Below, piece by piece: positions 1 to 10,323 of a stretch of 64,000 nucleotides of DNA. Each line of letters begins with the position of its first letter. Within the stretch, counting starts at the first letter, position 1. The stretch comes from a virus, in the IMG/VR virus record IMGVR_UViG_3300043436_003324; one strand, 5' to 3'. Made by a program: the position numbers and the translations under genes. The notes beneath the pieces were generated by a model. It did not search any database. It saw only the letters and a program-made list of their open reading frames with translations, and had not been told where the DNA came from.

Positions 1-111
1 AAGATCATCATTCCCATAAAACAATTCGATTACAGGGTTTCTACCCGTATTTGTTAAACTGTTGGAAATTATGGTATTATTCCTACTGAAATATGAATTA
101 TTAATCGACAT
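1..111 (-). CDS. 5' end of a hypothetical (probably structural) protein, runs off the window
   Basis: ATG at 111 reads MSINNSYFSRNNTIISNSLTNTGRNPVIELFYGNDDL with no stop to the edge; preceded by the TATTTAT motif (125-131). Confidence 0.7.
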   Translation of the reverse strand, partial: MSINNSYFSRNNTIISNSLTNTGRNPVIELFYGNDDL

Positions 112-131
112 TTACTTTTTTATAATAAATA

Positions 132-1661
132 TCAATTAATTCTAATATTTTGATTTAATATTGTATTTGGTGCGTTTAATAGTTGTTCTAAAATTTCTGA
201 AGTTCTAGTTCCGTCCCTTCCGACAGGTACCGGAGATAATCCATGGAATGGATGTACGTGTGAAATTAAAAATTTAACGATCAAATTAATAAGTTTCATT
301 AATTCATCTCCCCTAACCATAGGGTCTGTTTTTGGAATTATTTCTTTGGTGTATTTATCTTCTTTTATTCCGTATAATGTTGAACTTAAATCTATTTTTC
401 CTTTTGACGGTATCTCTGTTCCGTGAGACAAAATAAATACTTTTTCGGCGCCCATTGTTGAATATGTTATTGGTGCGGTTGAGTATAGTATTGGAATATA
501 TGTTGATTTATTAATTCTAATTGGTCTTGAGGTTTTATTATAGTCCCAAACTAAATTATAACCTGTTTTTGTGTCGTTTGAATTTAATTTAACTTTGTTA
601 CTTATTTTACTAACATTGTCAATCTCTGTTGGTGTTGCTCCTGTAAGATTTATTAGTTTATCGTAAGTGTTTAGTGTAGGCCTAAAGTAAAATGGAAATT
701 GATCATAAACGTTATGTATTGTATATCCGCTAATATTAATTGACCCCTCATTAACCCCTTTAATAAAATCATTAATTAATGTGTAAGTTTCCTTTAATGA
801 TTTACCAACAAATTGGATATAGTATTCAGGGGCCCCTACTATTTGAGACACGTTACTGACAACACTAAAATCTTTTGACTCTAATGATACGTTTAGGGTT
901 CCTGTTAAATTATACGGAACGTTGTATAAATAAATTGTACCTGTAAATGCGTCCATCGTATTATCAGGATTTATGATGTCCCAATCAACAACTTTTCTTA
1001 TTGGTTTACTATCAACAAATATTGTTTGTTCTTCTTTTTCTTCACCATTTTCGGATTTTGTAGTGTAATTACTTAAATGTAAAAATGCTCTTTTTTCATT
1101 TTCTATTGGGAATTTATTAACATCAAAAATACTATTTGTTTTGCCGGCTCTTAATAGTAATTCATTTTTCTTAACAATAACATCCGCAGTTCCCCTACCC
1201 AATAAAGAATTATCACCAGGTTCAGGAAAGATTCCAAAACTTTTTATATTTCTATATTCACCTTTTTGGTTTTTAAGTGAAAGCGATTGTTTTATTTTAG
1301 AACCTGCGGCGGTAAATTTCTTTGCCGACTCAAAGTACTCAAAATTTGTTGTTTGTGGTGATGAGAATGGACCTTGTATGTAATACTGATTTAAATTATC
1401 AAAAGACTTATCTTGATAAATTATGTTAACTAACTCGTCTTTTTCTGGTATTTGATTAATATAAAACGGTAATAAAGGTATGAATAAAAACGGGTCTCTT
1501 TGAGTCCACGGATCTGTTTCATCACTCCAATTAGGAATAGAGTTAATTACCGCCTGATAATCTTTAACTTCAGGTCTAACTCTTAACCTTCCCAATACCA
1601 TGGGATCTTTATTATCTAAAACAACCCCAGGAAATATTATTTGATTTTCATTACCCGCCAT
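132..1661 (-). CDS. Baseplate central spike/hub protein (T4 gp5 / VgrG-like OB-fold, no lysozyme domain seen)
   Basis: N-terminal GVVLDNKDPMVLGRLRVR matches the gp5 OB-fold start; C-terminal HVHPFH resembles the HxH metal motif of spike tips. Confidence 0.75.
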   Translation of the reverse strand: MAGNENQIIFPGVVLDNKDPMVLGRLRVRPEVKDYQAVINSIPNWSDETDPWTQRDPFLFIPLLPFYINQIPEKDELVNIIYQDKSFDNLNQYYIQGPFSSPQTTNFEYFESAKKFTAAGSKIKQSLSLKNQKGEYRNIKSFGIFPEPGDNSLLGRGTADVIVKKNELLLRAGKTNSIFDVNKFPIENEKRAFLHLSNYTTKSENGEEKEEQTIFVDSKPIRKVVDWDIINPDNTMDAFTGTIYLYNVPYNLTGTLNVSLESKDFSVVSNVSQIVGAPEYYIQFVGKSLKETYTLINDFIKGVNEGSINISGYTIHNVYDQFPFYFRPTLNTYDKLINLTGATPTEIDNVSKISNKVKLNSNDTKTGYNLVWDYNKTSRPIRINKSTYIPILYSTAPITYSTMGAEKVFILSHGTEIPSKGKIDLSSTLYGIKEDKYTKEIIPKTDPMVRGDELMKLINLIVKFLISHVHPFHGLSPVPVGRDGTRTSEILEQLLNAPNTILNQNIRIN

Positions 1662-1878
1662 TTCTACTATTTTGTTCTTTTAAAATTGTGTTATATGTTG
1701 TTTCTATTTTGTCTAAATAATTAGACAACATTAATAATTTACTTTTAGTCTGATCAAATTCACCATTTAAAAATTCTAAAACTTTGGTTAAATCTTTATT
1801 AGATTTATTTTTATAATCTTTTACTATTTCCGCTATTTTTTCTGCGTCTTTAATATCCATGTTATATTTTTTTACCAC
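1651..1878 (-). CDS. Small coiled-coil hypothetical protein
   Basis: 75-aa ORF tightly packed between neighbours, helical heptad pattern. Confidence 0.6.
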   Translation of the reverse strand: MVKKYNMDIKDAEKIAEIVKDYKNKSNKDLTKVLEFLNGEFDQTKSKLLMLSNYLDKIETTYNTILKEQNSRNGG

Positions 1879-3763
1879 TTAAATTCATTGGCATTACGAT
1901 CCCGCCAGGAACCCAAGTACCATATCCTGTTATACCTTCTACTTTACTGTTTTCATCTTCTTCTTTTTTATTCGCCTTTAACTGTGAGAAAAGAGACGCC
2001 AATCCTAAATTGGGACTTCCGTCTGGCATAGGACCTGTTGGCAAACCTACTTTTTGATATTCCTCAATAGAATTTACAAAGGCTCTTGATGCCGAATATC
2101 CACTTAATAGTTTTGTTGCGACTAACAAAGGTTTTGGTACCGTATCACCAAATCCACTTATTGCGATTTTTAATAACTGTAAGATTTCATCAACCACTCC
2201 CTTACATTCTCTCCAATCCTTTATTAATCTTGCGACCGTTAAGATTATTTCAATTAGTCTTAATATAATTCTTAATCTTGTTTGAGAGGTCTCTTTTGTT
2301 ACATCTAAAATTATTGCTTGTAATAAGTTTTGAATATCTTTTTTAATGATGTTAAAAAGTTCCTGTATGAATATTGCACCTATTTGGGACATTATTTGGC
2401 TTACCATCCTAAAAAATTTCTTAACAAAATCCATTAAAGATTTTACCAAGTCCCCAATTGTGGACCCAAGAGATTTTAACATTACCATTATCGGTAATAA
2501 AACTTTAGGAGATAGTAATGCAAATAAAATTGATTTAGGTAAATTTTTTAATAGACTTAGATCAAAATTTATTTTAATTCCAAAACCACTATCATTAGAT
2601 GCGTTTACAACCGCAGAACTTGCGTTGTCAACCGTAGCATCAACAGTTTGTCCCGATATAAAAATTAACTCACTAATTGCGTCATTTATTAAAACAGGAT
2701 CTATAGGGACGTTTACATTATCACAATCCTCAAAAACAATAACCCCTTGATAGATATTATTTATTCTTTCCTCTATTTCAAATAGATCAACACTTGTAAA
2801 TTCAAAAAATGATTCGTCAACCTCATCTAATTCTGAAGTTTTTGATGTTCCAGCAACATCTATCTCTTTGTTTGAATCAAAACATAAACCTAAAATTCTT
2901 TGTAAGATTATTTGGAACTTTGAGAAGTCTCCAATTTTTAAATTACCTGAACCAGACTGTATTGATAAAAATCCTGTTAACATCTCAAACAACATAGCAA
3001 TTACATTGTTAAAATCTAAAATATCTAAAGACGCATAATAATCCTTTAATGTTTCTGAAATTTTATTTATACCTGAAGATCTTGACTGTAATGTTACTTT
3101 ATAAAATTGACCTGGGTTACCGATACCGTCCTGTAAAACAAACTCAATATCAAAAAGATTTTGACCCGAAGCCCCTCTATAGTATTGACCATATTGATTA
3201 AAAAATGAGGTACCCAATGATTGTATTCTATTATACAACTCTTTGTTCATTGCAAAAGGAATAGACCCAACGTTTATAGATTGTTTTTCGTATAAAATTT
3301 TATTCTTGTCATCTGATGGATCTTTTTTTAGTAATGATAATAAATCAATTGACCTAACAGGAATATATAATGGTTGGTTTGGATTAAACTCCTGATCTTG
3401 ACTACAACCAATTGTATTAATTGATTCTTTTAAAAGGATCTCGACTAACTTTGGTTTACAATTTGCTAAGGCTCTTACAAATGTTTTTTTTAAATATTCT
3501 ATAGTATTAGCCCCTTTTCTATTTGTTAAACTTGCAATATCAACTAATTCGTCTAATTGTGTTTTTTGTTTTTTTTGAGATCTTTTTTTTTCTTTCTCCG
3601 CCTCTGATTTAGACCTTCTATTTTTTTTAGAATTAACTTCTTCGTTATCTCCTTTTTTCTTAGATAATTGGGCAATATCTTGTCTTACCTGATTATAGGT
3701 TTTCGCGGCGTTTATTTTACTTTTAACATCGCCATAACTAAAGTTTAAATCTTGTGATGGCAT
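1862..3763 (-). CDS. Hypothetical protein (633 aa), basic N-terminus and helical C-half; possibly virion-associated
   Basis: Long ORF overlapping neighbours in an operon ending in the spike gene; no family recognised. Confidence 0.6.
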   Translation of the reverse strand: MPSQDLNFSYGDVKSKINAAKTYNQVRQDIAQLSKKKGDNEEVNSKKNRRSKSEAEKEKKRSQKKQKTQLDELVDIASLTNRKGANTIEYLKKTFVRALANCKPKLVEILLKESINTIGCSQDQEFNPNQPLYIPVRSIDLLSLLKKDPSDDKNKILYEKQSINVGSIPFAMNKELYNRIQSLGTSFFNQYGQYYRGASGQNLFDIEFVLQDGIGNPGQFYKVTLQSRSSGINKISETLKDYYASLDILDFNNVIAMLFEMLTGFLSIQSGSGNLKIGDFSKFQIILQRILGLCFDSNKEIDVAGTSKTSELDEVDESFFEFTSVDLFEIEERINNIYQGVIVFEDCDNVNVPIDPVLINDAISELIFISGQTVDATVDNASSAVVNASNDSGFGIKINFDLSLLKNLPKSILFALLSPKVLLPIMVMLKSLGSTIGDLVKSLMDFVKKFFRMVSQIMSQIGAIFIQELFNIIKKDIQNLLQAIILDVTKETSQTRLRIILRLIEIILTVARLIKDWRECKGVVDEILQLLKIAISGFGDTVPKPLLVATKLLSGYSASRAFVNSIEEYQKVGLPTGPMPDGSPNLGLASLFSQLKANKKEEDENSKVEGITGYGTWVPGGIVMPMNLSGKKI

Positions 3764-4131
3764 TACTTATTAAGTTTGTAGTTTTTATCGTCAGTGTCTT
3801 TATTAATTAAAGATTTTAAAATATCGTCGTCCATTTCTAAATCAGATAAAGTAAAGTTATCTTGTTTTTCTTGAGACTTTTGCCAAATTTGAGCTTGGAG
3901 TTTTGATAGAGAAAGTTTTTTTTCAACACAGTCATTTATAATTTTTTGTTGTTTTTCAATCACAGGACCTATAAGAGTCATATCTTCAGGTTCTTTCATC
4001 ATTGTTAACATTTTATTTTGAATCCTAATTGCGGTATTTCTTTGCTCAACAATTTCATTGTAGATTTCTTGCATTAAAGATAACAATGAGTCTTTAGTTA
4101 AATTAATTTCTTTTTTTGGCGGTCTTGGCAT
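3763..4131 (-). CDS. Helical hypothetical protein (122 aa)
   Basis: ORF with TATTTAT motif at 4136-4142 just upstream; coiled-coil character. Confidence 0.6.
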   Translation of the reverse strand: MPRPPKKEINLTKDSLLSLMQEIYNEIVEQRNTAIRIQNKMLTMMKEPEDMTLIGPVIEKQQKIINDCVEKKLSLSKLQAQIWQKSQEKQDNFTLSDLEMDDDILKSLINKDTDDKNYKLNK

Positions 4132-4151
4132 ATCAATAAATATTTTTGTTT

Positions 4152-4904
4152 TTATTTTAGGATTTCATTAATTATTTCTTGATATATTTTTTTATATCTC
4201 TTTAAAGAATTCCTTATTTCTTTTGTGGATAAATTTGTCATTTCTCGTATTTCAAATAAAACAACATTTTTATTGAACTTATTATTATTTGTATTTTCAA
4301 CAAAAATATTATTATAGTTTTTAAAGATTTCCATTAAAGCCTCACCTAACTTAATTTCTTGATCGCTAATGTTTTTTTCGTTCATAGAGTCAGATAATTT
4401 AATAATAAATTTATTTATTATTTCCTCAGTTGATACATCATCATTATCTATGTGGTAAATCATATCAGGAGCATTATGTAGGTCCGCAGAGATATCTTCA
4501 TAAGATACTTTACGATTCATTTCTTTTTGGTCTTTGAGTATTTGACCCATAAGATAGTTTTTACATATTGTGCCAAAATACGAGTAAGCCTTTTTTTCTT
4601 TTGATGGTTTAAATTTATCTACTTTAGTCATCAAAAATGAATGAGTGTCTGTATGGATCTCATTAAAATCCATATCTTTTCTGTATAATTTATATCGTCT
4701 TATAATTGACGATATCATTTTATCTAAGGGAAATTTTAAATAATCATTATATATTTTGTTCTTTTCGTCCATTGTAGTTGCGGTTAGATACATTCTAACC
4801 GCAGTCTCTTGTGGTTCGTCAAAATAATTATTTAACTTAGGTTTTCTTCCCTTCTTTTTCTTTTCATCCGTGTCTTCATTTAGTTCAACATTTAATTCCA
4901 TCAA
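4152..4904 (-). CDS. Phage RNA polymerase sigma factor, T4 gp55-like (late transcription)
   Basis: NYFDE..E.AV..Y start and KFKPSKEKKAYSYFGTICKNYL resemble sigma region 2 (gp55 AFAYFTQI-type motif). Confidence 0.7.
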   Translation of the reverse strand: MMELNVELNEDTDEKKKKGRKPKLNNYFDEPQETAVRMYLTATTMDEKNKIYNDYLKFPLDKMISSIIRRYKLYRKDMDFNEIHTDTHSFLMTKVDKFKPSKEKKAYSYFGTICKNYLMGQILKDQKEMNRKVSYEDISADLHNAPDMIYHIDNDDVSTEEIINKFIIKLSDSMNEKNISDQEIKLGEALMEIFKNYNNIFVENTNNNKFNKNVVLFEIREMTNLSTKEIRNSLKRYKKIYQEIINEILK

Positions 4905-5707
4905 ACCTCTTGTGGTTCATACTTTATCTCTCTTTGTTTGATATAGAAATATTCTTTTTTTGCTGAGTCAATCCAAAATTTAGCTTCATCTTCACTTATT
5001 CTGTTATCACCATTTTTGTAATTCCAAAAAATAGACCCTTCTCTTAAATTTATATGTTTGTAACCAATTTTAGGTATTGACATGACCTTAACGGAATTTT
5101 GTGTCAACCTTAAAAAGAATTCATAACCAAAAGTTAATTTAATATTATTTTTTAACCCTCCATTATTAATAAACTCTTCTTTTTTAATAACCAATCCCGA
5201 AATTTGAAAATTTTGATAGTTGAGTAGTGTTTCATTAGTTAGAACCCCCATGTCTTGTGAGATGTTTGCGGCAAAAGTGGCCTCATTAGTAAACCCAACA
5301 AAAACTCCTTGATCGTTAACGTCAACAACAATAGGTAAAAATGCCCCAACATTTTTATAAATTTCCATATATTTTGATGCGTTTTTAAACCAAACGTTAG
5401 AGTACTCATCATCAAACTCTAATAGAGATACCCAAGTTGAGTTTGCTGAAGACACACCATAGTTAACTTGGTCTGCAAAATTAGGTTCCTTTTCCCAAAC
5501 TAATTTTACAACATTAAGACCTTCAAAATCATATGAGTTAATGTGATCAGTTAAATCTGTTTCATCACAATAAACAATTACTAATTCATTCACAAAATCT
5601 TTTTGATTTTTAACTGAAGTGATACATTTATTAAAATAATCCTCGAAGTTTCTGGCTTTACCTGATTTAATAGGTAGTACTACCGATATTGTATTTTTAT
5701 TTTCCAT
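4901..5707 (-). CDS. Glycosyltransferase, GT-A/GT2-like
   Basis: ISVVLPI start, VNYGV...WVSLLEFDDEY DxD-like motif. Confidence 0.7.
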   Translation of the reverse strand: MENKNTISVVLPIKSGKARNFEDYFNKCITSVKNQKDFVNELVIVYCDETDLTDHINSYDFEGLNVVKLVWEKEPNFADQVNYGVSSANSTWVSLLEFDDEYSNVWFKNASKYMEIYKNVGAFLPIVVDVNDQGVFVGFTNEATFAANISQDMGVLTNETLLNYQNFQISGLVIKKEEFINNGGLKNNIKLTFGYEFFLRLTQNSVKVMSIPKIGYKHINLREGSIFWNYKNGDNRISEDEAKFWIDSAKKEYFYIKQREIKYEPQEV

Positions 5708-5709
5708 AT

Positions 5710-6768
5710 TTATATTGTTTCTAATTTATTTAATTGGGATTCAAAACTTTCCAATCTTGTGTTTATTGCTCCATTAAAGAATTCAAGAACATCTGATTTA
5801 AATTTTTCTTCATTGGATAAATTTTCTGATGTTTTTTCCATGTTTAAATAAAGTTCAGGGTTAATATTGTCTTCTAACCAATTTTGGATAAAGTCGGCAA
5901 TTACGTCAGGTAACATATTTTTATTGTTAATCCAAACACCATTATCTTCTCCCATCCAATTTGGAACTAAGTTAGGTACTAAACCAATAACAGGGATCCC
6001 CATTTTAATTGATTCCAATGGGAAAGTTCCCCAACCACTAACCTCGTCAATCCAGACAGAAACAAAACTATCTTTCATTGCTTCGGCAAATTCTACTTCA
6101 GATAGACCTCTTAAATCTCTAAATGTTAACCATCTATATTGTGGGAATTTGACGTAAAAAGTTTTAATTAAATTTGTTGTGTCTCTATGGTCTCTTGTGT
6201 GAATTGAGATAATTGTCTTAGGTGGAAGTTCCTGTTTTTTAAATGTCTCAGAAATTTTAGGCTCAATTACATCCACAGAAACATTTCTAACAACATTCTT
6301 AATATATTCTTTTTGATTTTCAGATGTTGTTAAACATTTTAAAAACCCTAAAAGAGGCCATGTTTGTCCAGGTTGTAAAGTTTCAAAAATATAGTCATAA
6401 GATTGACAAAGAACAATTTTACCACAAGGTAAGTTTGTAATTTGATCCATAACGAAACCATAAATTTCAGGAATTACAATAAGATCTTCAGGAGAGACAT
6501 CTAAGTTAGTACCTTCAATTGCCTTATGAGGTAACTCAGTCATATACTCTTCACTAAGCCAACTTGATACTCCGAAGTAATCTGGTTTTTCGTGAAGGAT
6601 AATAGGGTTAAATCCTTCTTTTTTTAATTCCATCGCAATTTCGTAGATATATCTAACCGATGCCTTGGCATTTCCTTTAGTGTCTTGTACTAGAAAATAA
6701 ATTCTAGATTTTTTGTCTTTCATGTTTTGAATAGACCTTTCTAACTTTGTTATTTGTTCAGCATTCAT
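5710..6768 (-). CDS. Glycosyltransferase, GT-B (GT4-like)
   Basis: DLIVIPE, and a C-terminal GWGTFPLESIKMGIPVIG donor-binding motif (E-x7-E type). Confidence 0.65.
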   Translation of the reverse strand: MNAEQITKLERSIQNMKDKKSRIYFLVQDTKGNAKASVRYIYEIAMELKKEGFNPIILHEKPDYFGVSSWLSEEYMTELPHKAIEGTNLDVSPEDLIVIPEIYGFVMDQITNLPCGKIVLCQSYDYIFETLQPGQTWPLLGFLKCLTTSENQKEYIKNVVRNVSVDVIEPKISETFKKQELPPKTIISIHTRDHRDTTNLIKTFYVKFPQYRWLTFRDLRGLSEVEFAEAMKDSFVSVWIDEVSGWGTFPLESIKMGIPVIGLVPNLVPNWMGEDNGVWINNKNMLPDVIADFIQNWLEDNINPELYLNMEKTSENLSNEEKFKSDVLEFFNGAINTRLESFESQLNKLETI

Positions 6769-6771
6769 ATT

Positions 6772-7026
6772 TTATAATTTAGTTATTATTTTTTTCATTA
6801 ATAGGGTGTTAAACGCGATTTTAAAAGGTATTGATACCTCATTACTTTTTAATCCTAAATCTTCGTCAACTTCGTTACTTTCCGTGAGAACAGTTTCTAG
6901 CATCGATTTAATAACCTCATATTTTACTAAATGTATTTGAGGTTCTCCGCTAACAATCGCCAAATTGACATAGTCCTCCATTACGTCAAGATCAACATAA
7001 TAGTTTTCATTCAATATTTTAAACAT
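6772..7026 (-). CDS. Hypothetical protein (84 aa)
   Basis: ORF translationally coupled to neighbours. Confidence 0.6.
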   Translation of the reverse strand: MFKILNENYYVDLDVMEDYVNLAIVSGEPQIHLVKYEVIKSMLETVLTESNEVDEDLGLKSNEVSIPFKIAFNTLLMKKIITKL

Positions 7027-7678
7027 CGTAATTTATTTTTTTTAATTCCTCCTCAAATTCAGATAATGATTTAATCGTAAATTCTGAAGGTATGTGTTTA
7101 TTGTATTGGGTTTCATATTTTATTAAAATTTTATCCTCATACTTATTCAATAATAAGTCAGGGTTTGATGTAAGTAAAATATCAATTTCATTAAACATTT
7201 TATTTTTTGTTATTTCACTATAAAATAATACTTTTTCTATTAAACAACCAAACTTGGACAAAAAGAACAAAGATGATGGTTTTGACCTACCGATTTCATC
7301 TGAAACAATCATTAAGTCGTAAGTATCTCTTAAGTTATAGTAAATATCATTTAATATATTAAATGATAACATTTCACTAGATGGGGCATGACCAAACAAT
7401 TCCATCGTATACTCCTCATACATAAAAGAATATAAATCATCTTTTGATGGAAATGAAAAATGAGAACTTAAATCTAAAGATGTGACATCATTTAATATTT
7501 CATATTTAAATTGACTTTCCGCTAATTCTAATTCAGTGTTGCCGGAAAGATCCATCAAATACGTCTGATTAGTTTGGTCAACCTCACTTTTATCAATCAT
7601 ATGTTTTTCATAAAGTTGTGTAAATTTACCGATGGTGTCTCTAAGAACACCATTAATTTCAATCCCTATTCTCTTCAT
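7019..7678 (-). CDS. HAD-fold 5'(3')-nucleotidase-like protein with degenerate motif I
   Basis: KRIGIEINGVLRD corresponds to NT5C-type IGIDxDGVLxD but with E/N in place of the two Asp. Confidence 0.55.
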   Translation of the reverse strand: MKRIGIEINGVLRDTIGKFTQLYEKHMIDKSEVDQTNQTYLMDLSGNTELELAESQFKYEILNDVTSLDLSSHFSFPSKDDLYSFMYEEYTMELFGHAPSSEMLSFNILNDIYYNLRDTYDLMIVSDEIGRSKPSSLFFLSKFGCLIEKVLFYSEITKNKMFNEIDILLTSNPDLLLNKYEDKILIKYETQYNKHIPSEFTIKSLSEFEEELKKINYDV

Positions 7679-8396
7679 ACTTATCTAAAATTTGAGTAAT
7701 TAATGGGTTTCTAACATTTTTGGCGTCTTTAAAATCATAAAGACCAATTTTATTAACATTTTTAAATCTTTTCAATGCGTCATATAATCCTGATTGAGTC
7801 TTGTCTTTATATCGGTCAGTTTGTTCAAGATCCCCTGATATGAAGAATTTACTATTATAACCAATTCTTGTTACCAATAGTTTCATCTGATTAGGGGTTG
7901 AGTTCTGAGCTTCTTCAAAAATAAGAATTGAGTTATCGATATTCATACCTCTCATATATGCCAAAGCAAATACCTCAATGATATCGGCTTTTTTTAATTC
8001 TTCCCTTGCCTCTTTACCAATGATTTTATTTAAAAGGTAATACGAGGGAAAAATGTAAGGGTCTAATTTTTCTTCTAAGTTTCCAGGTAAAGATCCTAAT
8101 TTTTCTTCGGCTTCAACCGCAGGTCTAACAATAATTATTTTCTCGTAAGAGTTGTTCGGATCAATTAACAAATCAACCGCCGCCTTCATTGAAATGAAAC
8201 TTTTACCGACTCCTGCAGGTCCTGAACAAATTGTGATTTCTTTTTCTTTCAGAAGGTTATAATATTCTTCTTGATGGTCAGATAAAAATTTATTTTTTTG
8301 TTTCTTTTTTATTATTGTATTAATAAAATCTTTTTTGGAAATTGGTTGTGATGTTGGGGTTTCTTCTTTTTGTGGTACTATTTTTTTTCTTGTCAT
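7659..8396 (-). CDS. phoH: PhoH-like ATPase
   Basis: SGPAGVGKS Walker A, IVRPAVE, LGSLPGNLEEKLDPY, YMRG, EEAQN, GDLEQTD. Confidence 0.95.
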   Translation of the reverse strand: MTRKKIVPQKEETPTSQPISKKDFINTIIKKKQKNKFLSDHQEEYYNLLKEKEITICSGPAGVGKSFISMKAAVDLLIDPNNSYEKIIIVRPAVEAEEKLGSLPGNLEEKLDPYIFPSYYLLNKIIGKEAREELKKADIIEVFALAYMRGMNIDNSILIFEEAQNSTPNQMKLLVTRIGYNSKFFISGDLEQTDRYKDKTQSGLYDALKRFKNVNKIGLYDFKDAKNVRNPLITQILDKYEENRD

Positions 8397-8446
8397 TTTA
8401 AATTATTATTTGTTTATTATGTTAACTGATTATTCTACATAGAGTT

Positions 8447-9157
8447 TTATTTACCTCTCAGTTCATAACCTTCTTCATCGTGTCGACAAGTTAAGTCATT
8501 AATATATTTACTTTTTAATTTATTATTAACAATAAATTTAGAGACCCTACTCCAGTATTCCGCATCTCCAGGAGACCCAACTGTACCTGTTTCTTTAAAC
8601 AAATCAATATATCTTAATGGAATAGTTTTAATATTCATACAAACTGAAGAATGTATTACCCCGCAAGGAACGGGTAAAAAATCAATATACTTATCGTTAG
8701 ATGTTATTCTTGGTAAATATCCATTCTTATGGGTTGATTTGGTGATAATAAAATCTGTTTTATCATTATTAACTAATTTGGCTATCTCTTCTAAGTGGTT
8801 TGGATACCAAAAATCGTCGTGATTTAAAAAACAAACGTAATCTATATTTTCTTTTACACAAAGATCCATAGCGTAATTTGTGGCAAAAGTTCCGGCATAT
8901 GACCATAGAGCTTGTTTGTTATCGCCATATACATCCCTTTCGTGTGCGAATTCTAAATTCTCACAATAATTGTCGGTTAAACCTATTAATTTTTTATATT
9001 GGTTAAACTCAATTTCGTCTTCATATCTATCCCCTATTAAAAATATTTTATAATTTTTATATGTTTGGTTTAATACGGAATTTAGAGTATTTGTTAAATA
9101 CTCAATAGTCTTACCGTCTTTTCTTTTATATGTACAAATTATTACCCCTATTTTCAT
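8447..9157 (-). CDS. Glycosyltransferase family 2
   Basis: IGVIICTY start, YVCFLNHDDFWYPNHL DxD-like region. Confidence 0.8.
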   Translation of the reverse strand: MKIGVIICTYKRKDGKTIEYLTNTLNSVLNQTYKNYKIFLIGDRYEDEIEFNQYKKLIGLTDNYCENLEFAHERDVYGDNKQALWSYAGTFATNYAMDLCVKENIDYVCFLNHDDFWYPNHLEEIAKLVNNDKTDFIITKSTHKNGYLPRITSNDKYIDFLPVPCGVIHSSVCMNIKTIPLRYIDLFKETGTVGSPGDAEYWSRVSKFIVNNKLKSKYINDLTCRHDEEGYELRGK

Positions 9158-10323
9158 TTTTTTCCTTTTTTACAAACAAACATTATACTAGAACATAGAT
9201 CAGGATATTGTTGGCCTAATTTAAAACAACCATCCAAATATTCTTTAGAAATAATGTCAGTACTTAATAATCTGTCCCATTGAAAGTTGGCTAAAGCCTT
9301 AAAAAAAATTCCACTCCTATGTAAGATTTCTAAACCTGATTCTGTTATATCTCGTTCTAAAGTATCTAACGTATAGGTTATATTGTGTCCGTGTTTTTTT
9401 TCTGATTCGGTAATCGCATTATTGTTTGATATAAGACCCATTTTAACCGCAATTTGTCTGGACGGAGCATTTGCATTTGGACAAACAACAAATAAGACAC
9501 CGTCATCTGTTAACCAGTTATCGTTTATTTTTTTTAATAACCTTACAGGGTTATCTATATGTTCTAAAACATGAGTTAAAATAACGTTATCAAACTTTTC
9601 TGACATATTTAAATCCTCAAAAGTCGATAAGATAATGTTTACATCATTATTAAATTTTTTATTTGCAATCTTAACCGCATCTTCAGATCCCTCAATACAA
9701 GTTATTTTTTTAAAAAAAGGAATAATTTTTTCTGTAAAATCTCCTTTATAACTACCTAATTCTAAAACATTATCTCCTTTAAAAAAAGGGATAAAAGATT
9801 TAACCATGTAGTTGTGCATCACATCAAAATCAAAGTTGTAAGAGTATTTGTGATCTTTAGTGTCTAAAGATTCTTCATTATAATTTCTTGTTGTATCTAA
9901 TTTCATAATTAACTTATTTTCAGTTTGATCATTTATTTTAAATTTATTTCTTTTATAAAATTTAATAGCATTTAGGTTATTTTTAAATACTTCTAAGGTT
10001 ATTTCACAATAATTTTGAGATATTACATATTCTTTACAATTATATAATAGTTCTTTGGCAATACCATTTTTTTGATAATTGTACTCAACGCTTACATTAG
10101 TAATAAAGGATGTTTTATTTTTTGGGTTGGTGTATAGAACTAACAACCCAATTAAGTTGGAGTTATGGTAACATTCAAATCTTACTCCCTTATTATGTAA
10201 TTTTTTAGAATACATTTCTATGTCAACATAATCACCTAAACTTGGGGTAAATAGATTTGAGCATTTTTTTAAATGGTCTGTAATGTTCTCTAAACTAGAA
10301 TTATTTACTTTATACTCAAACAT
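9154..10323 (-). CDS. GNAT acetyltransferase fused to class I SAM-dependent methyltransferase
   Basis: N-half: ITNVSV..NYQKNGIAKELL...A..FY (GNAT); C-half: VLELGSYKG, FDNVILTHVLEH (methyltransferase). Confidence 0.85.
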   Translation of the reverse strand: MFEYKVNNSSLENITDHLKKCSNLFTPSLGDYVDIEMYSKKLHNKGVRFECYHNSNLIGLLVLYTNPKNKTSFITNVSVEYNYQKNGIAKELLYNCKEYVISQNYCEITLEVFKNNLNAIKFYKRNKFKINDQTENKLIMKLDTTRNYNEESLDTKDHKYSYNFDFDVMHNYMVKSFIPFFKGDNVLELGSYKGDFTEKIIPFFKKITCIEGSEDAVKIANKKFNNDVNIILSTFEDLNMSEKFDNVILTHVLEHIDNPVRLLKKINDNWLTDDGVLFVVCPNANAPSRQIAVKMGLISNNNAITESEKKHGHNITYTLDTLERDITESGLEILHRSGIFFKALANFQWDRLLSTDIISKEYLDGCFKLGQQYPDLCSSIMFVCKKGKK

